Source: Heteronotia binoei (taxonomy: Eukaryota). From it: 64,000 bases of DNA. Positions 23,241-35,400 of the stretch are shown here, one piece after another. Where the stretch lies: NCBI RefSeq assembly GCF_032191835.1, contig NC_083235.1:57412001-57476000 (forward strand), in the 5' to 3' direction. Positions within the stretch are counted from its first letter, which is position 1. Each line of letters begins with the position of its first letter. The notes beneath the pieces were generated by a model, which saw only the letters and a list, made by a program, of their open reading frames with translations, was not told the DNA's origin and did no database searches. The position numbers were made by a program, and so were the translations under genes.

Positions 23241-26003
23241 CTAATAACCACTGATGGACCTCTGCTCCATATTTTTATCCAATCCCCCCTTGAAGCTGGC
23301 TATGCTTGTAGCCGCCACCACCTCCTGTGGCAGTGAATTCCACATGTTAATCACCCTTTGGGTGAAGGACTTCCTTTTTTCCGTTTTAACCTGACTGCTC
23401 AGCAATTTCATTGAATGCCCTCGAGTTCTTGTATTGTGAGAAAGGGAGAAAAGTACTTCTTTATCTACTTTCTCCATCCCACGCATAATCTTGTAAACCT
23501 CTATCATGTCACCCCATAGTCGACGTTTCTCCAAGCTAAAGAGCTCCAAGCATTTTAACCTTTCTTCATAGGGAAAGTGTTCCAAACCTTTAACCATTCT
23601 AGTTGCCCTTTTCTGGACTTTTTCCAATGCTATAATATCCTTTTTGAGATGCGGTGACCAGAATTGTGCATAGTATTCCAAATGAGACCGCACCATCGAT
23701 TTATACAGGGGCATTATGATACTGGCTGATTTGTTTTCAATTCTCTTCCTAATAATTCCCAGCATGGCGTTGGCCTTTTTTATTTCAATCACACACTGTC
23801 TTGGCATTTTCAGTGAGTTATCTACCACAACCCCAAGATCTCTCTCTTGGTCAGTCTCTGCCAGTTCACAACCCATCAACTTGTATTTGTAGCTGGGATT
23901 CTTAGCCCCAATGTGCATTACTTTGCACTTGGCCACATTGAACCTCATCTGCCACGTTGACACCCACTCACCCAGCCTCAACAGATCGCTTTAGAGTGCC
24001 TCACAATCCTCTCTGGTTCTCACCACCCTGAACAATTTAGTGTCATCTGCAAACTTGGCCACTTCACTGTTACTCCCAACTCCAGATCATTAATGAACAA
24101 GTTAAAGAGCATGGAACCCAGTACTGAGCCCTATGACACCCCACTGCTTACCATCCTCCACTGCCCATTTACACTCACTCTCTGCTTCCTATTAATTAGC
24201 CAGTTTTTGATCCACAAGAGGACCTGTCCTTTTACTCCATGACTCTAGAGCTTACTAAGGAGCCTTTGATGAGGAACTTTATCAAAAACTTTCTGGAAGT
24301 CAAGGTAAACAACATTGATTGGGTTCCCTTTGTCCACATGTTTGTTCACCCCCTCAAAGAACTGTAACAGGTTAGTGAGGCAAGATCTTCCCTTATAGAA
24401 CCCATGCTGAGTCTTCCTCCATAACTTGTGTTCATCAATGTGCCTACTCATTCTGTCCTTGATACTGCTTTCTACCAACTTTCCCAGTATTGAAGTCAGA
24501 CTGACTGGCCTGTAATTTCCTGGATCTCCTCTGGAACCCTTTTTAAAGATGGGGGTGACATTTGCTACCTTCCAGTCCTCAGGAATGGAGGCAGATTTCA
24601 ATTCAAGATTACATATTTTTGTCAGGAGATCCACAAGTTCAACTTTGAGTTCTTTCAGAACTCTTGGATGTATGCCATTCTGACCTGGTGACTTATTAGT
24701 TTTTAATTTGTCAATCAGTTGTAGGACCTCCTCTCTTGTCACCTCAATCTGACTCTGGTCTTTCAACACTCCTTTCAAAATTAGTGGTTCTGGAGCAGGC
24801 AAACACTTCTCATCTTCCACAGTGAAGACTGAGGCAAAAAATGCATTCAGCTTCTCAGCCATTTCCCTATCCTCCTTTAGTAATTCTTTTACCCCTTTGT
24901 CATCCAAGGGCCCCACTGCCTCCCTGGCTGGTTTCCTGCTTCTAATATATTTGAAGAAATTTTTATTGTTGGTCTTTATGTTTTTTGCAATATGCTCCTC
25001 ATAGTCCCTTTTCGCCTGCCTGATCACAGTCTTGCATTTGATTTGCCACAGCCTGTGTTCCCTTTTATTAATCTCACTTGGACTAGCTTTCCACCGCTTA
25101 AAGGAGTCCTTCTTACCTTTTACAGCTTCCGCTACTTTGTTTGTTAACCATACAGGCCTTTTCTTATACCTGTTTGTGCCTTTCCTAACTTGTGGTATAT
25201 ACTTTATCTGAGCTTGTAGGATTGTAGTTTTAAATAGCCTCCAAGCTTCCCCAAGGGTTTTGACTGTATTTACCTTTCCTTTCAATTTCCTCTTCACATG
25301 CCTCCTCATCTCAGAGAATTTACCCCTTTTAAAGTTAAACGTGGATGTTCTGGTCTTTTGAGGCAACTCCCTATTTATACAAATGGTGAATTCAATAACG
25401 TTATGGTCACTGCTCCCAAGTGGTGTGATCACTTTTACATCTCTCACCAAGTCTTGGGCATTACTTAGGACCAAATCCAGTATCGCCCCACCCTTGATAG
25501 GTTCTGTGACCATCTGCTCAACAGCACAGTCATTGAGAGCATCTAGAAACTCAATCTCTTTCTCTCGACCTGAACACATATTGACCCAATCAATCTGTGG
25601 ATAGTTAAAATCACCTATTACGACACAGTTTTTCCATTTAGCCACTATCTTTAATCCTTCCATCGTATTATAATCATCCTCTATCTTTTGATTTGGTGGG
25701 TGATAACAAACTCCCATAGTTAAATTTCCTTTTGGGCCCACTATTTCGACCCATAGCATTTCTAGAAGGGAATCTAATTCTTTGACCTCAGTCTTACTGG
25801 ACTGTGACATACAGAGCCACCCCACCTCCAACCCTTCCCTCCCTATCCTTCCGATATAACTTATATCCAGGAATCACCGTGTCCCACTGATTCTCCTCAT
25901 TCCACCAAGTTTCTGAAATTCCCACAATGTCTATGTTTCCCCCCAACACTAAATATTCCAACTCACCAATTTTACTTCGAACACTTCTAGCATTTGTATA
26001 CAA
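23241..26003 (-). pseudogene. CR1 ORF2 (AP endonuclease and RT), frameshifted
   Basis: YTNARSVRSK, IVGISETWW, VIGDFNYP, LGSSDHN, GIHPRVLKEL, PGNYRPVSLTS, YLDFQKVFDKVPH, WQMRFNVAKCKVMH. Confidence 0.95.
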
Positions 26004-26212
26004 ACCTCTATAATTTCCCAGGCAAGTTAGGCCGGCAACCTTCCTGCTGTTGCCTCAAGACTTTGGCAGACACTCTATACTGTTTGTCACCATCTCAGTG
26101 GACAACTCTGATCCATTACCCGGTAGAAAAGTAACAGCTAACCCTTCATCTCTTTGAGATGAGTCCTCGCAAACCAGAGACATTTCATCTCCTGTCAGCT
26201 TTCCCCCAAGAT

Positions 26213-27122
26213 TTAGTTTAAAAACTGCTCTGCCACCATTTTGATTTTAAGCGCCAGCAGCTTGGTTCCATCTGGGGACAAGTGGAGACCATCTCTTTTG
26301 TACAGCTCCTGCTTGTTCCAGAAAGCATCCCAGTGCCTAACAAACTTAAACCATTCCTCCCTACACCATTGTCTCATCCACACATTGAGACTTTTAATTT
26401 GTGCCTGTCTCTCCAGCCCTGCACGTGGAACAGGTAGCACTTATGAGAAGGCTACCTTGGAGGTTCTGGCCTTAAGTCTCCTGCCTAGCAGCCTCCTTGA
26501 CCTCACGACTGCATTTCCCCACATCGTTGGTGCCAACATGCACCACGACCACTGGCTCCTCCCCAGCACTGCCTATCAGCCTATCTACAACACATGTAAT
26601 GTCCGCTACCTTCGCACTAGGCAGGCAAGTCACCATACGGTCAGTATGCGGTTTTGCCACCCAGCTGTCTACTTGCCTAAGGATCGAATTACCAACTACC
26701 AAGACACGCCCCCCTCTCTCCCTGCCCAGGGATGGTTCCTTGGCACGAAAGGATACCCGCTCACCAACTGAAGAAGAGGTCCTTTCTGAGGGCACATTCC
26801 CCTTATCCTCAGCACGGTGCCCTGTTCCCTCTCGACCCTCATGCTCCCTGGCAGCAATGGGGCTGCCACGTTCAGAGTGGGGCTCATCTAATACGTCCCC
26901 GAGAGTCTTCTCCAAGTGCCTAACTGACTGTCTCTGCTTCTCCAGGTCAGTCACCTCAGCCTCAAGGGTATGAACTCATTCCCTGAGAACCAGGAGCTCC
27001 TTGCATCAAGCACACACCCAAGACTTCTGTGCCCGGGGAGCATACACCCAAGACATACATGTGACACTCAGTTCAAAACACTGGAAAGCCCCCACCCCCC
27101 TGCTGGCATTCTACCTTCATGA
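26213..27122 (-). pseudogene. CR1 ORF1 (zinc finger, coiled coil, SGNH/GDSL esterase), disrupted
   Basis: RVLVVGNS and VVVVHVGTND esterase blocks, and DGLHLS near the C terminus. The N terminus reads MKVECQQGG..ECHMY...WVC..CKELL with stops and a small duplication. Confidence 0.85.
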
Positions 27123-27750
27123 TAGCTTTTTTAAAATATACAGTCCCCTTTTAAATCCTGTTTGTTTATGTGGTTCTCCTTCTGGAGGGTCTACTTACCT
27201 TATTGGGAGCGCAAGGAAAATAGGGATCTGGGTTCCTGGTCCTTACACAGCTCCCATGCTAAGAGCCACAGGCCAAGAGCCTTTTAGCTCTCGCCCTTCG
27301 GCTTGCACCTCTGGCAAGGCACAGCTTAATAATGCAAAGAGGATGGGGCCTCAGTCTGCCCCAGGAACACAGCCACTCCTAATCAATCAGCAACAATTAC
27401 CTTCAGCCCACTCAAACCAAACAAACAGCAGTTCCTCAGCAACCACAAACTCAGAATTTTCAGCAATCACACAGTCACACAAACTCAGAAATTCTCAGCA
27501 ACTCCCCCAGCTGTTTAGAAAGCCAAACCTCACCCTTATAGCCCTTCTTATCTGCTCTCTCTCAGAGCTCTCTGAAATGTGCTCAGTCTCTGGCAAGGCG
27601 CAGCTTAAGAGTCAGCATGGGTTTCTCAAGAAGAAGTCATGTCAGACTAACCTTGCCTCTTTTTTTGAAAGTTATTACCTTGCTGGATCAGGGGGATGCT
27701 GTAGACATAGTTTATCTTGATTCCAGTAAGGCTTTTGATAAGGTTCCACA

Positions 27751-27905
27751 CAGTGCTTTTTTTGTACAAAAAACCCAGCAGGAGCTTATTTGCATATTAG
27801 GGCCTGGGAGCACATAGCTGTCGCATGGCACGTCAGGCTAGCCAGAGCCCTGAGTGGCCCAGGTGGAGCTCTGCTCCTAAGGGCTCCAGCAGAAAAAAAG
27901 CCCTG
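27751..27905. mobile_element. hAT-like MITE (CAGGGCTTTTT TIR, octamer-bearing)
   Basis: TIRs CAGTGCTTTTTT...AAAAAAAGCCCTG, a perfect 8-bp TSD GTTCCACA (27743-27750 and 27906-27913), and ATTTGCAT at 27788-27795. Confidence 0.9.
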
Positions 27906-29054
27906 GTTCCACATATTTTGTTGAAATGTGGTTTGGTAAAATGTGGTTTGGATCCTGTTACCATTAGGTGGATCTGTAACTGGTTGACAGCTCACACCCA
28001 AAGAATGCTTGTAAATGACTCCTCATCATCTTGGAGAGGAGTGACAAGTGGAGTGCCTCAACTAGGATCTGTCCCGGGACCTGTTTTGTTCAATATCTTT
28101 ATAAATGATTTGGATGAAGGAATAGAGGGAATGTTTATTAAACTTGTAGATGATACTAAATTGAGAGGGGTAGCAAATAAATAGAAGACAGAGTCAAGAC
28201 ACAGGATGGTCTTGACAGGCTAGAAAACTGGGCTAAAATAAATAAAATGAATTTTAGCAGGGATAAATGTAAAGTTCTGCATTTAGGTAGGAAAAACGGA
28301 GGCTAGATGGTCATCTGACAGCAATGCTGATTTTGTGAACTTAAGCAGATCATGAGAAGGAGGGCAGGAAGGGTTGCTTGGCCCCTTCTTACGTGCCCAG
28401 GGAAGTGCTGTTTGCCATGTTGGGGTCAGGCAGCAGTTTTGCCCAAGATCCTGAAGAGGGTTTTTGTTTTGTTTTTTGCCATCTTCTGGGCATGGAGCAG
28501 GGATCACTGGAGGTGTAGGGGGAGGTACTTGTGAATTTCCTGCATTGTGCATTGGGTTGGACTAGATGACCCTGGAGGTCCCTTCCAGCTCTATGATTCT
28601 GTGAATTGCTTAAGGTGTTTTAATTGTTTTAGCTTGACTGTGGATGTTGTTAATTTGGAAATTGCTCTGAGCCCTGTTGCATAGGGGAGGGCAGATCACA
28701 AGTTGAATCAATAAATGAATACCTGATTCAGCATTTCTGTGGTGCTAGATATCTCGTTTTTGTTTTCTTATAAACAAGCGAAGTTGGACCACTGGAACTC
28801 CTCCCACTGCTTTCCCAAGTTTATCCATTAAATATTTCAGTAGGCCTACTTTCCCAAAATTTGGCAGGCGATGGGTTGGGATTGTTCCCTTCCCCCAAAC
28901 TGTGATTTTCCTGAACTGACTTTATTGAAGGGAAAGAACTGTAAGTTGACAAGTGTATGCCCTGGAATGGCCAGGGCAGCTGTCAAATCTGACAAGCCTT
29001 AGCACTAACTTTTTAACCCATTGTGCTCATGTGCAGACCAATGTGCCAAACGTA

Positions 29055-29167
29055 TGGTGCATTCACAGTACACTAAATAAAACTAAATGCATCCGGAATT
29101 TTACTGTTCTTACACAGAAAAAAATCCAAATGTAAAACACATTATTAAGTGTAATGTGAATGCACCA
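29055..29167. mobile_element. Small MITE with ~26-bp TIRs (Harbinger-like)
   Basis: tggtgcattcacagtacactaaataa...ttattaagtgtaatgtgaatgcacca, with 2 mismatches between the arms. Confidence 0.55.
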
Positions 29168-29950
29168 TTACTATGACAGTGATGTGAAAACACTTATACA
29201 GAACGCATCTGGGGGTTTATTCACTACCCCAAGACAAATTCCAGTATATCAGGGTGGTTAAATGTTACCCAAATGTTTGTGGTGGCAGAAGTCGGTATGT
29301 TCCATTACTCCTACAGCCTGTTTGAAACCCCATAAAGTCTTGATACACACTTTCTCATGAGATGGACTTTTTGTATAAACAATCCCCTCTTGCATATTTA
29401 TTAACTCACAACAGTTCTATGGAATACCATCAGACTATATTTCTGTGAAATTAGGGAGGCGTGCTGTCTTGCCAGAGCACTTCACATTGGTTCCCTGGAT
29501 TAGTGTTTTCTGGGAAACTCTCAGGGGTATTTTTTTTAACCTCTATACTCTCAATATGTTGACCTTGTCTGGGGTAAAAAACTGCCCCAGTTGCAAAAAT
29601 GACTTGATTTCCCTGGGGTTATTTTATACACCAAGTGCTTTTTGTGTACTGGGGGAAGGGAACCCTAAATAGCAGTTGGCTGCACTTTGGGGACATGGTT
29701 TACTAATGTGCAGGCAGCACAGTCCTGAGGGGGAAATTGTAAGTCCATTTCTCTATGCATTCTGCCTCCAAAAGTAAAAGTAGGACAGGAATTTCACCCC
29801 ACAAAGGTATAAAGGTGGTATAAAGTTCTGAGCAAGTGTAGCTTTTCTTGCCACTGAAGTAAGAGATGGAGAAAATGTCACTTCTTCTAATGACTGTCTG
29901 CTAGGGTGCGTTCAAAAGCACAAGAGTCTGGGTGTTCATAGAAGCTGGGG

Positions 29951-30225
29951 GAAAGGTAATCCCCTGTGCAGGCACTGAGTCATTACTGACCCTGGGGGTG
30001 ACATCACATCACAATGTCTCCTTGGCAGACTTTTTGTAACGGGGTGGTTTGGCATTACCTTCCCCAGTCATGTACACTTTACTCCCAGCAAGCTGGGTAC
30101 TCATTTTACCAACCACAGAGGGATAGAAAGCTGAGTCAACCTTGAGCTAGCTACTTGAACCCAGCTTCCACCGGGATCAAACTCAGGCCATGAACAGAGT
30201 TTGGACTGCAATACTGCAGCTTACC
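29951..30225 (-). mobile_element. Sauria SINE (Squam1-type)
   Basis: Homologous to 15838-16085 (aaaggtaatcccctgtgc...cccagcaagctgggtactcatttta...gctgagtcaacc). Confidence 0.85.
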
Positions 30226-30519
30226 CTATCATTGGGGTACACAAAAATGTATGAAGAACATGTCAGTGAGAGCAGCTGTGGTTTTTTGCTGGTGCCTCAT
30301 GCTGCCCCCAAGTGCTCTCCAACCCCCCAGGAGCTGCAAGCTGGGGAGTCCTGCAGGCTACATCAGGAAGGGAAGGGGTTAAGTTTTGTTCCATGAGCGC
30401 TGCTGTGCTTGTGATGCAGGGGAGCCACACCATCATCTCCACCTACTCCCCTCTGTCCCCAGCCCAATATGGCTTGGTACCTCCAGAGGGACAGGTAATA
30501 ACAATAAATAGCTATTTCT

Positions 30520-31175
30520 TTACATATTTCATTTGTACTCTGCCTTTCCCCCCAGGTGGGGACTCTCAGTGGCCTACAACATTCTCTTCTCCTCCATTTT
30601 ATCCTTATAACATCCCTGTGAAGTAGATAAGGATGAGAATGCATGACTGGCCCGAGGTTTCCCAGCAAGCTTCCATGGCACAATAATAATAATAAGTTTT
30701 ATTTGTATCCCGCCCTCCCCGCCGGAGCAGGCTCAGGGCAGCTAACAGGACATGGTATATACCGTGACAATTCATAAAAGGTACAGTTAAAATACAATTT
30801 AAAAATTACATAAAAATTATAAAACCATAATAAATTAAAGGTGCTATATTCAGTGGGATGTCTATCCAGATGGCTAACATTCAGAGTTCCCTATAAGCTT
30901 GTTGGAAGAGGGTAGTTTTGCAAGCCCTGCGGAATTGATTAACGTCCCGCAGGGCTCGCACTTCCTCTGGTAGCTGATTCCACCAGTGGGGAGCCATTAC
31001 TGAGAAGGCCTGCTCCCTCGTTACTTTCAGTGTGGCCTCCTTTGGTCCAAGGATTTTTAGAAGACTTTGGGAGCTGGATCTCAGTGCTCTCTGGGGAACA
31101 TATGGAGAGGGGTGGTCCCTAAGGTAAGCAGGTCCTCGGCCATATAGGCGGGATTTGAACCTGGGTCACCCATAT
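30520..31175 (-). mobile_element. Older tRNA-derived SINE, split by an L2 insertion
   Basis: tgactggcccgaggtttcccagcaagcttccatggcac | ggcgggatttgaacctgggtc flanks the L2. Confidence 0.6.
30682..31148 (-). mobile_element. L2 LINE 3' end, 5'-truncated
   Basis: Homologous to 21063-21537 (gccctgcggaa..gtcccgcagggc..gctgattccacca), with a (TTA)n tail. Confidence 0.88.
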
Positions 31176-32530
31176 CCTCATCTGACATGCAACATGGGCT
31201 GCCTTTTCATATTTGTTATATTTTATATCTTCCCTCCTTTCATTTTGCTCAAAGGCTTCCACTCAGGACAACCATCACCCTGTCTGCCTGATGCCCCAGG
31301 GCTGATGTGTTCTCTTCTTTTATGCACACACACAATTGGGGGGGGGGGACAAGTTCAATTCGTGCATTTGGCCACTGGAGTCTATCTGCTCAGGAGGCTT
31401 TTGGCTCCATACTGGCTCTTGCATACCAGGACAGGGTGACTCCATGGCCACCACTGGTTATGCAGTCAGCACGCCTAGCCTTCTGCTGTCAGCACAGAGA
31501 CATCCCTGGGGGAAAGGTACATGCCTTTCCTAGGGAGATATCCTGCACCTGCTTTGGTGTTACACAGCAACACCTAACCAGCAGCTGCTCTATGGACATG
31601 TCCTTGGGGAGGGTCAAACTATTCTCTCGCTCTCTTTGTACTTTCTAAAGAAGGTTGGCTACTAAGACAAAGTTTAAGAACTGCTGATCCAGTTCTTTTC
31701 CTCCCCTCCAAGCTGCTTATCTGTCCATCAATTGTCTACATCTGTCTGCTGTTTTATATAATATTTAGATTGAGAGCTTCTGCAGTGTGAATAATGTTAA
31801 CCAACAGAGGTGCCCTTTATGTAGGGCAGAGGGGACAGACCTGATCCCAGTCTTGTCTTTCAGACCATGTGTGCTCAGACTCCAGGAGTGCTTCTGTCTC
31901 AGCCCTATGCATTGCAATGATAAACCAGCAGATGAATGTTATTCATTGGATTTATACCCTCACTCTACTCTTGTCTAAGACACAGTTCGGGGGAGGGGGT
32001 CTCCTGGACAAGTAGGTTACCAATTTTAAACCCTCTAAGCTGTCCCTTTAATAACAGTTTCATCTGCAGCAGTTATCAGGTGGTTATTAGTGAAATGTTT
32101 CAATTACCCATTCCTGCATATTAGCCCTCTATTAAAGAGACAGAACATTTCCCACCCACCCCAATCCAGCTAGTTGACAACTCTACTCACAAGCTTCATT
32201 CAAATGAGCAAGAACATATTCCAGTGGATTGTGCTGCAAAGAAGCAATTCTCAAATCCTTTACTATAAGATTGTCTCATATACCGGTCCATTGAAGTCTG
32301 TGTATTACTTCTGAAATGCTTAAGATTGTAATCCGGGTGTAACTGATCCAGATGCTGACATTTGTCAAGACAGGAGCAGGGCAGACCTACCATTAGGCAG
32401 AGTGAGGCAGACCACCTCTGGCAACAGTTTTCAAGGTACCATTAAATCTGAGCAAATTACCAGTTACTTTGTTTTATGATGTTTCATTATTTTGTGACGG
32501 GTAAACTGGAGGACTGTGGACTATAGGATA

Positions 32531-32754
32531 TTAGGGTTTGTAGAATCTTTCGGGCTCAAGTGCCGTGTTCTACTGGAGAAAGTTTTTCTTCCAGACGTTT
32601 CGTTCTCAGCTGCGGAGAACATCCTCAGTGGCGTTGCAGCTGAGAACGAAACGTCTGGAAGAAAAACTTTCTCCAGTAGAACACGGCACTTGAGCCCGAA
32701 AGATTCTACAAACCCTAATGATGTTACCAGCCGTGAAAACCTGAAATCTTTGAT
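32531..32754. mobile_element. Penelope-like element pseudo-LTR fragments in inverted arrangement
   Basis: 84-bp perfect inverted repeat with a 22-nt spacer, a hammerhead core and a ccgtgaaaacct terminus. Flanked by GACTATAGGATA (32519-32530) / GACTATGGGATA (32755-32766). Confidence 0.82.
32591..32631 (-). ncRNA. Minimal type I hammerhead ribozyme motif
   Basis: CCA-CUGAGGA-U-GUUCUC-(CGCAGCU)-GAGAAC-GAAACGUC-UGG. This gives a 3-bp stem I, the catalytic core, a 6-bp stem II, a palindromic ACGU stem III and a GUC cleavage triplet. Activity is not shown by sequence alone. Confidence 0.8.
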
Positions 32755-32774
32755 GACTATGGGATACTTAGATG

Positions 32775-32957
32775 CGGGGGGGGGGTAGAAAAAGCCCAGC
32801 AGGAACTCATTTGAATATTAGGCCACACCACTGACATCACCATTATTTTTGCTACAAAAAAGCCCTGCAGGAACTCATTAGGCCACACCCCCTGACACCA
32901 AGTCAGCCGGGACTGCATTCCTGTGAGTTCCTGCTCAAAAAAAAAGAAAAAGCCCTG
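32775..32957. mobile_element. hAT-like MITE (CAGGGCTTTTT TIR family), left TIR damaged
   Basis: Homologous to 50352-50561, ends AAAAAGCCCTG, 8-bp TSD CTTAGATG/CTTAGGTG. Confidence 0.8.
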
Positions 32958-34075
32958 CTTAGGTGGATAGGGAACCGGTTGGAGAATGGAAGAGTGGTTG
33001 GAGAGTAGTTGTCAGTGGCATTTCATCTGAATGGAGTGAAATGTCCAGAGGGGTGCCACAGGACTTGGTTCTGGGCCTGGTACTTTTCAATATTTTTATC
33101 AGTGATTTGGAGGGGCTACTCATTAAATTTGCAGATGATGCCAAATTGGGAGGAGCAGCAAACACACCAGAAGGCAGAGATAGAATTCAACAAGATCTGA
33201 ACACACTAGGAAAGTGGGTGGAAGTGAACAAGATGCAATTTAAAGAAGAAAACTTCTGAGTATGCATGTTCCTCATTTTTGCTACCCAGATTATTCAAAT
33301 CTGGGAAGCAAAAATGAGGAACATACATACTGGATGGAAGATAGGCTTTCGGGTAGCAGTGTGTGTGAACAAGATCTTGGGGGTATGGGTGAACTGTAAG
33401 TTAAATACGAGCAACCAGTGCAATGCAGTGACAAAAAAGCCTAACATGATCTTGGGGTGTATCAACAGAGGCATAACATCCAAATAGCAAGAGATCACAA
33501 TCCTGCTGTACACTGCGTTGGTCAGGCCACACCTGGAATATTGTATGCAGTTCTGGGGGCCTCACTTCAAGAAGGATGTGGACAGAATGGAGCAGGTGCA
33601 GAGCAGAATGGATGAATGCCTGGAAACCAAGCCCTATAAAGAAAAGCTGAGGGACTTGGGAATGTTCAATCTGGAGAAGAGGAGGTTGAGGAGGACATGA
33701 TTGCTCTCTTGAAGTATCTGAAGGGCTGTCACTTAGAGGAGGGCAGGGAGCTGTTCCTGTTGGCAGCAGAGGAGAGGACTTGCAATAATAGGTTTAAATT
33801 AAGGGCAGGAAGATAATGGCTGGATATTAGGAAAAACTTTTTTTCAGTGGAATCAGGTATTGACGGAAGTGGTGAGCTCTCCCTCACTGGTAGTCTTTAA
33901 GCAGTGGATGGACACACTTTTTGGGGATGCTCTATGCTGATCCTTCACTGAGTAGGGCGTTGGACTAGATGGACTGTATGGCCCCTTCCAACTCTATGAT
34001 TCTATAATGTGTTTACCATCATAAGCATGGTGATGTTGATGTATTTGTATTTTCTAAATGGCTGCAATGTCTTGG

Positions 34076-34290
34076 GCTGTGAGATTGTGACTCAGTGGTA
34101 GAGCATCAGCTTGGTGAGACCCAGGTTCAATCCCCAGCATCTCCAGTTTAAAGGACCAGGCAGTAGGTGCACCGATTTGCACCAATGACTGGAGAGACCT
34201 CTGCCTGAGACCCTAGGGCACTGCTGCCAGTCTGAGTAGACAATTCTGATCTTGATGGACCAAGAGTCTGATTTGATGTACGGAAGCCAG
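34076..34290 (+). mobile_element. tRNA-derived SINE, Squam2-like
   Basis: gactcagtggtagagcat...ggttcaatccccagcatctccag...ctgctgccagtctgagtagacaat..gatggaccaagagtctga. Confidence 0.75.
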
Positions 34291-35289
34291 GAGGAGCTCA
34301 CAGGAGCTCCTTTCTGGGATTCCCCCTCCTCCTCCCCACCTATCTACCTTGTCCATTGAATAGCATGTGCAGCTGCATAACAATCCCTGGATGAGCTCCA
34401 CCACCTATTTTTCTGCAAAATGACCCCTGAAGGCAGCTTTATGTGTTCATATCCAGGCACAACAAAAACCGGAGAGGAGAAGTAGGCCATACTACTTTTA
34501 CACCTGTGACTGGAGCATTTTCCTTGGGAGGCAATCCTTGAAGGTTCTTTCCCCTTAAGCCACTGTTTTTTCCATTCACCTAGCAATCAAGGAACTCAGA
34601 CACAGTTTCTTGTGTGGGTTAGCAAGGTGCCCAAGTACAGTCTGTTCCATGGAAGATGGGTGAAAGGGGAGTTGTTTCCTGAAGAAATCCTAGAAATACA
34701 AGCCTGTGATGAAATCTGTGAAAGCATTTCAGCATGGGATATATAATCAATTAAAATAACAGAAATAGGCTTAGTAATAACATAACAAACCGGTGTGGGC
34801 TCAGAGAAGATGCATCTACAAATGTCTACGTGTATGATCATTCTGAATGCTCACCCATTGAAATAAGGTACAGCCCATCTAGCAGACATGGCCTCCATTC
34901 ATATCTACAGGGCTCCTCTGTTGACAATGCAGACTAAAAGGGAGTCAGAACAGTTTTACCAGTTGGCAGATTGCAATACTGACTACTAATGGTTCAAACA
35001 ATTTAATCCATGAATTTTAAAACTGAAAAAACCACCTGTAACACCTTACCATATTGTTAGACAGCAGACTGGACATCAGAAGCAAATTGGACAGCTTTCA
35101 AAAGATTGCAAACTGTCATATAAAACATTATATCCTAGGCTTCCAATGGGTGCAGGATTTATATTTCCCACCTAAGCCCCCCAAATGGCTTAGACCAAAT
35201 CAGGGAGTCATACCGAAACACCGAAATATTGAAGGAAGTCTATAGATAGCACACTGATATGGATATTAATGTTTTAACTATGTCATTTA

Positions 35290-35400
35290 TTATTGTATTC
35301 TAATTCTGAATTTTATTGTTAGAACTTTTATGCTGTGAGCCGCTTCGGTGGGGTAGGGCGGGATATAAATCAAATAAAATAAATAAAAAATAAATAAATA
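35290..35400 (+). mobile_element. L2-type 3' tail
   Basis: gtgagccgcttcgg..gggcgggatataaat followed by (AAAT)n. Confidence 0.6.

Larger units (their letters stand above)
23075..27604 (-). mobile_element. Near full-length CR1 LINE (5' UTR, ORF1, ORF2, 3' UTR)
   Basis: Esterase-type ORF1, APE plus RT ORF2, and a CTTATGTTCTT-type tail. Candidate TSD TTAAGA at 23069-23074 and 27605-27610. Confidence 0.95.
22030..28604 (+). mobile_element. Old CR1 LINE (ORF2 and 3' end), host to three nested insertions
   Basis: RT sequence is continuous across the inserts (PDELHPRVLKEL...PIFKKGKKEDP|GNY...AVI|KSQHGF...KAFDKVPH|...[17 protein letters not shown]). The 3' end is ctctatgattct at about 28600, with a large deletion near 28297. 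Confidence 0.88.
32497..34005 (+). mobile_element. CR1 LINE 3' part, split by Penelope-like and MITE insertions
   Basis: KLEDCGL...SGVPQ..LVLFNIFISDL..IKFADDAKLGG...VRPHLEYCMQFWGPHFKKD, ending in ctctatgattcta. Confidence 0.88.
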
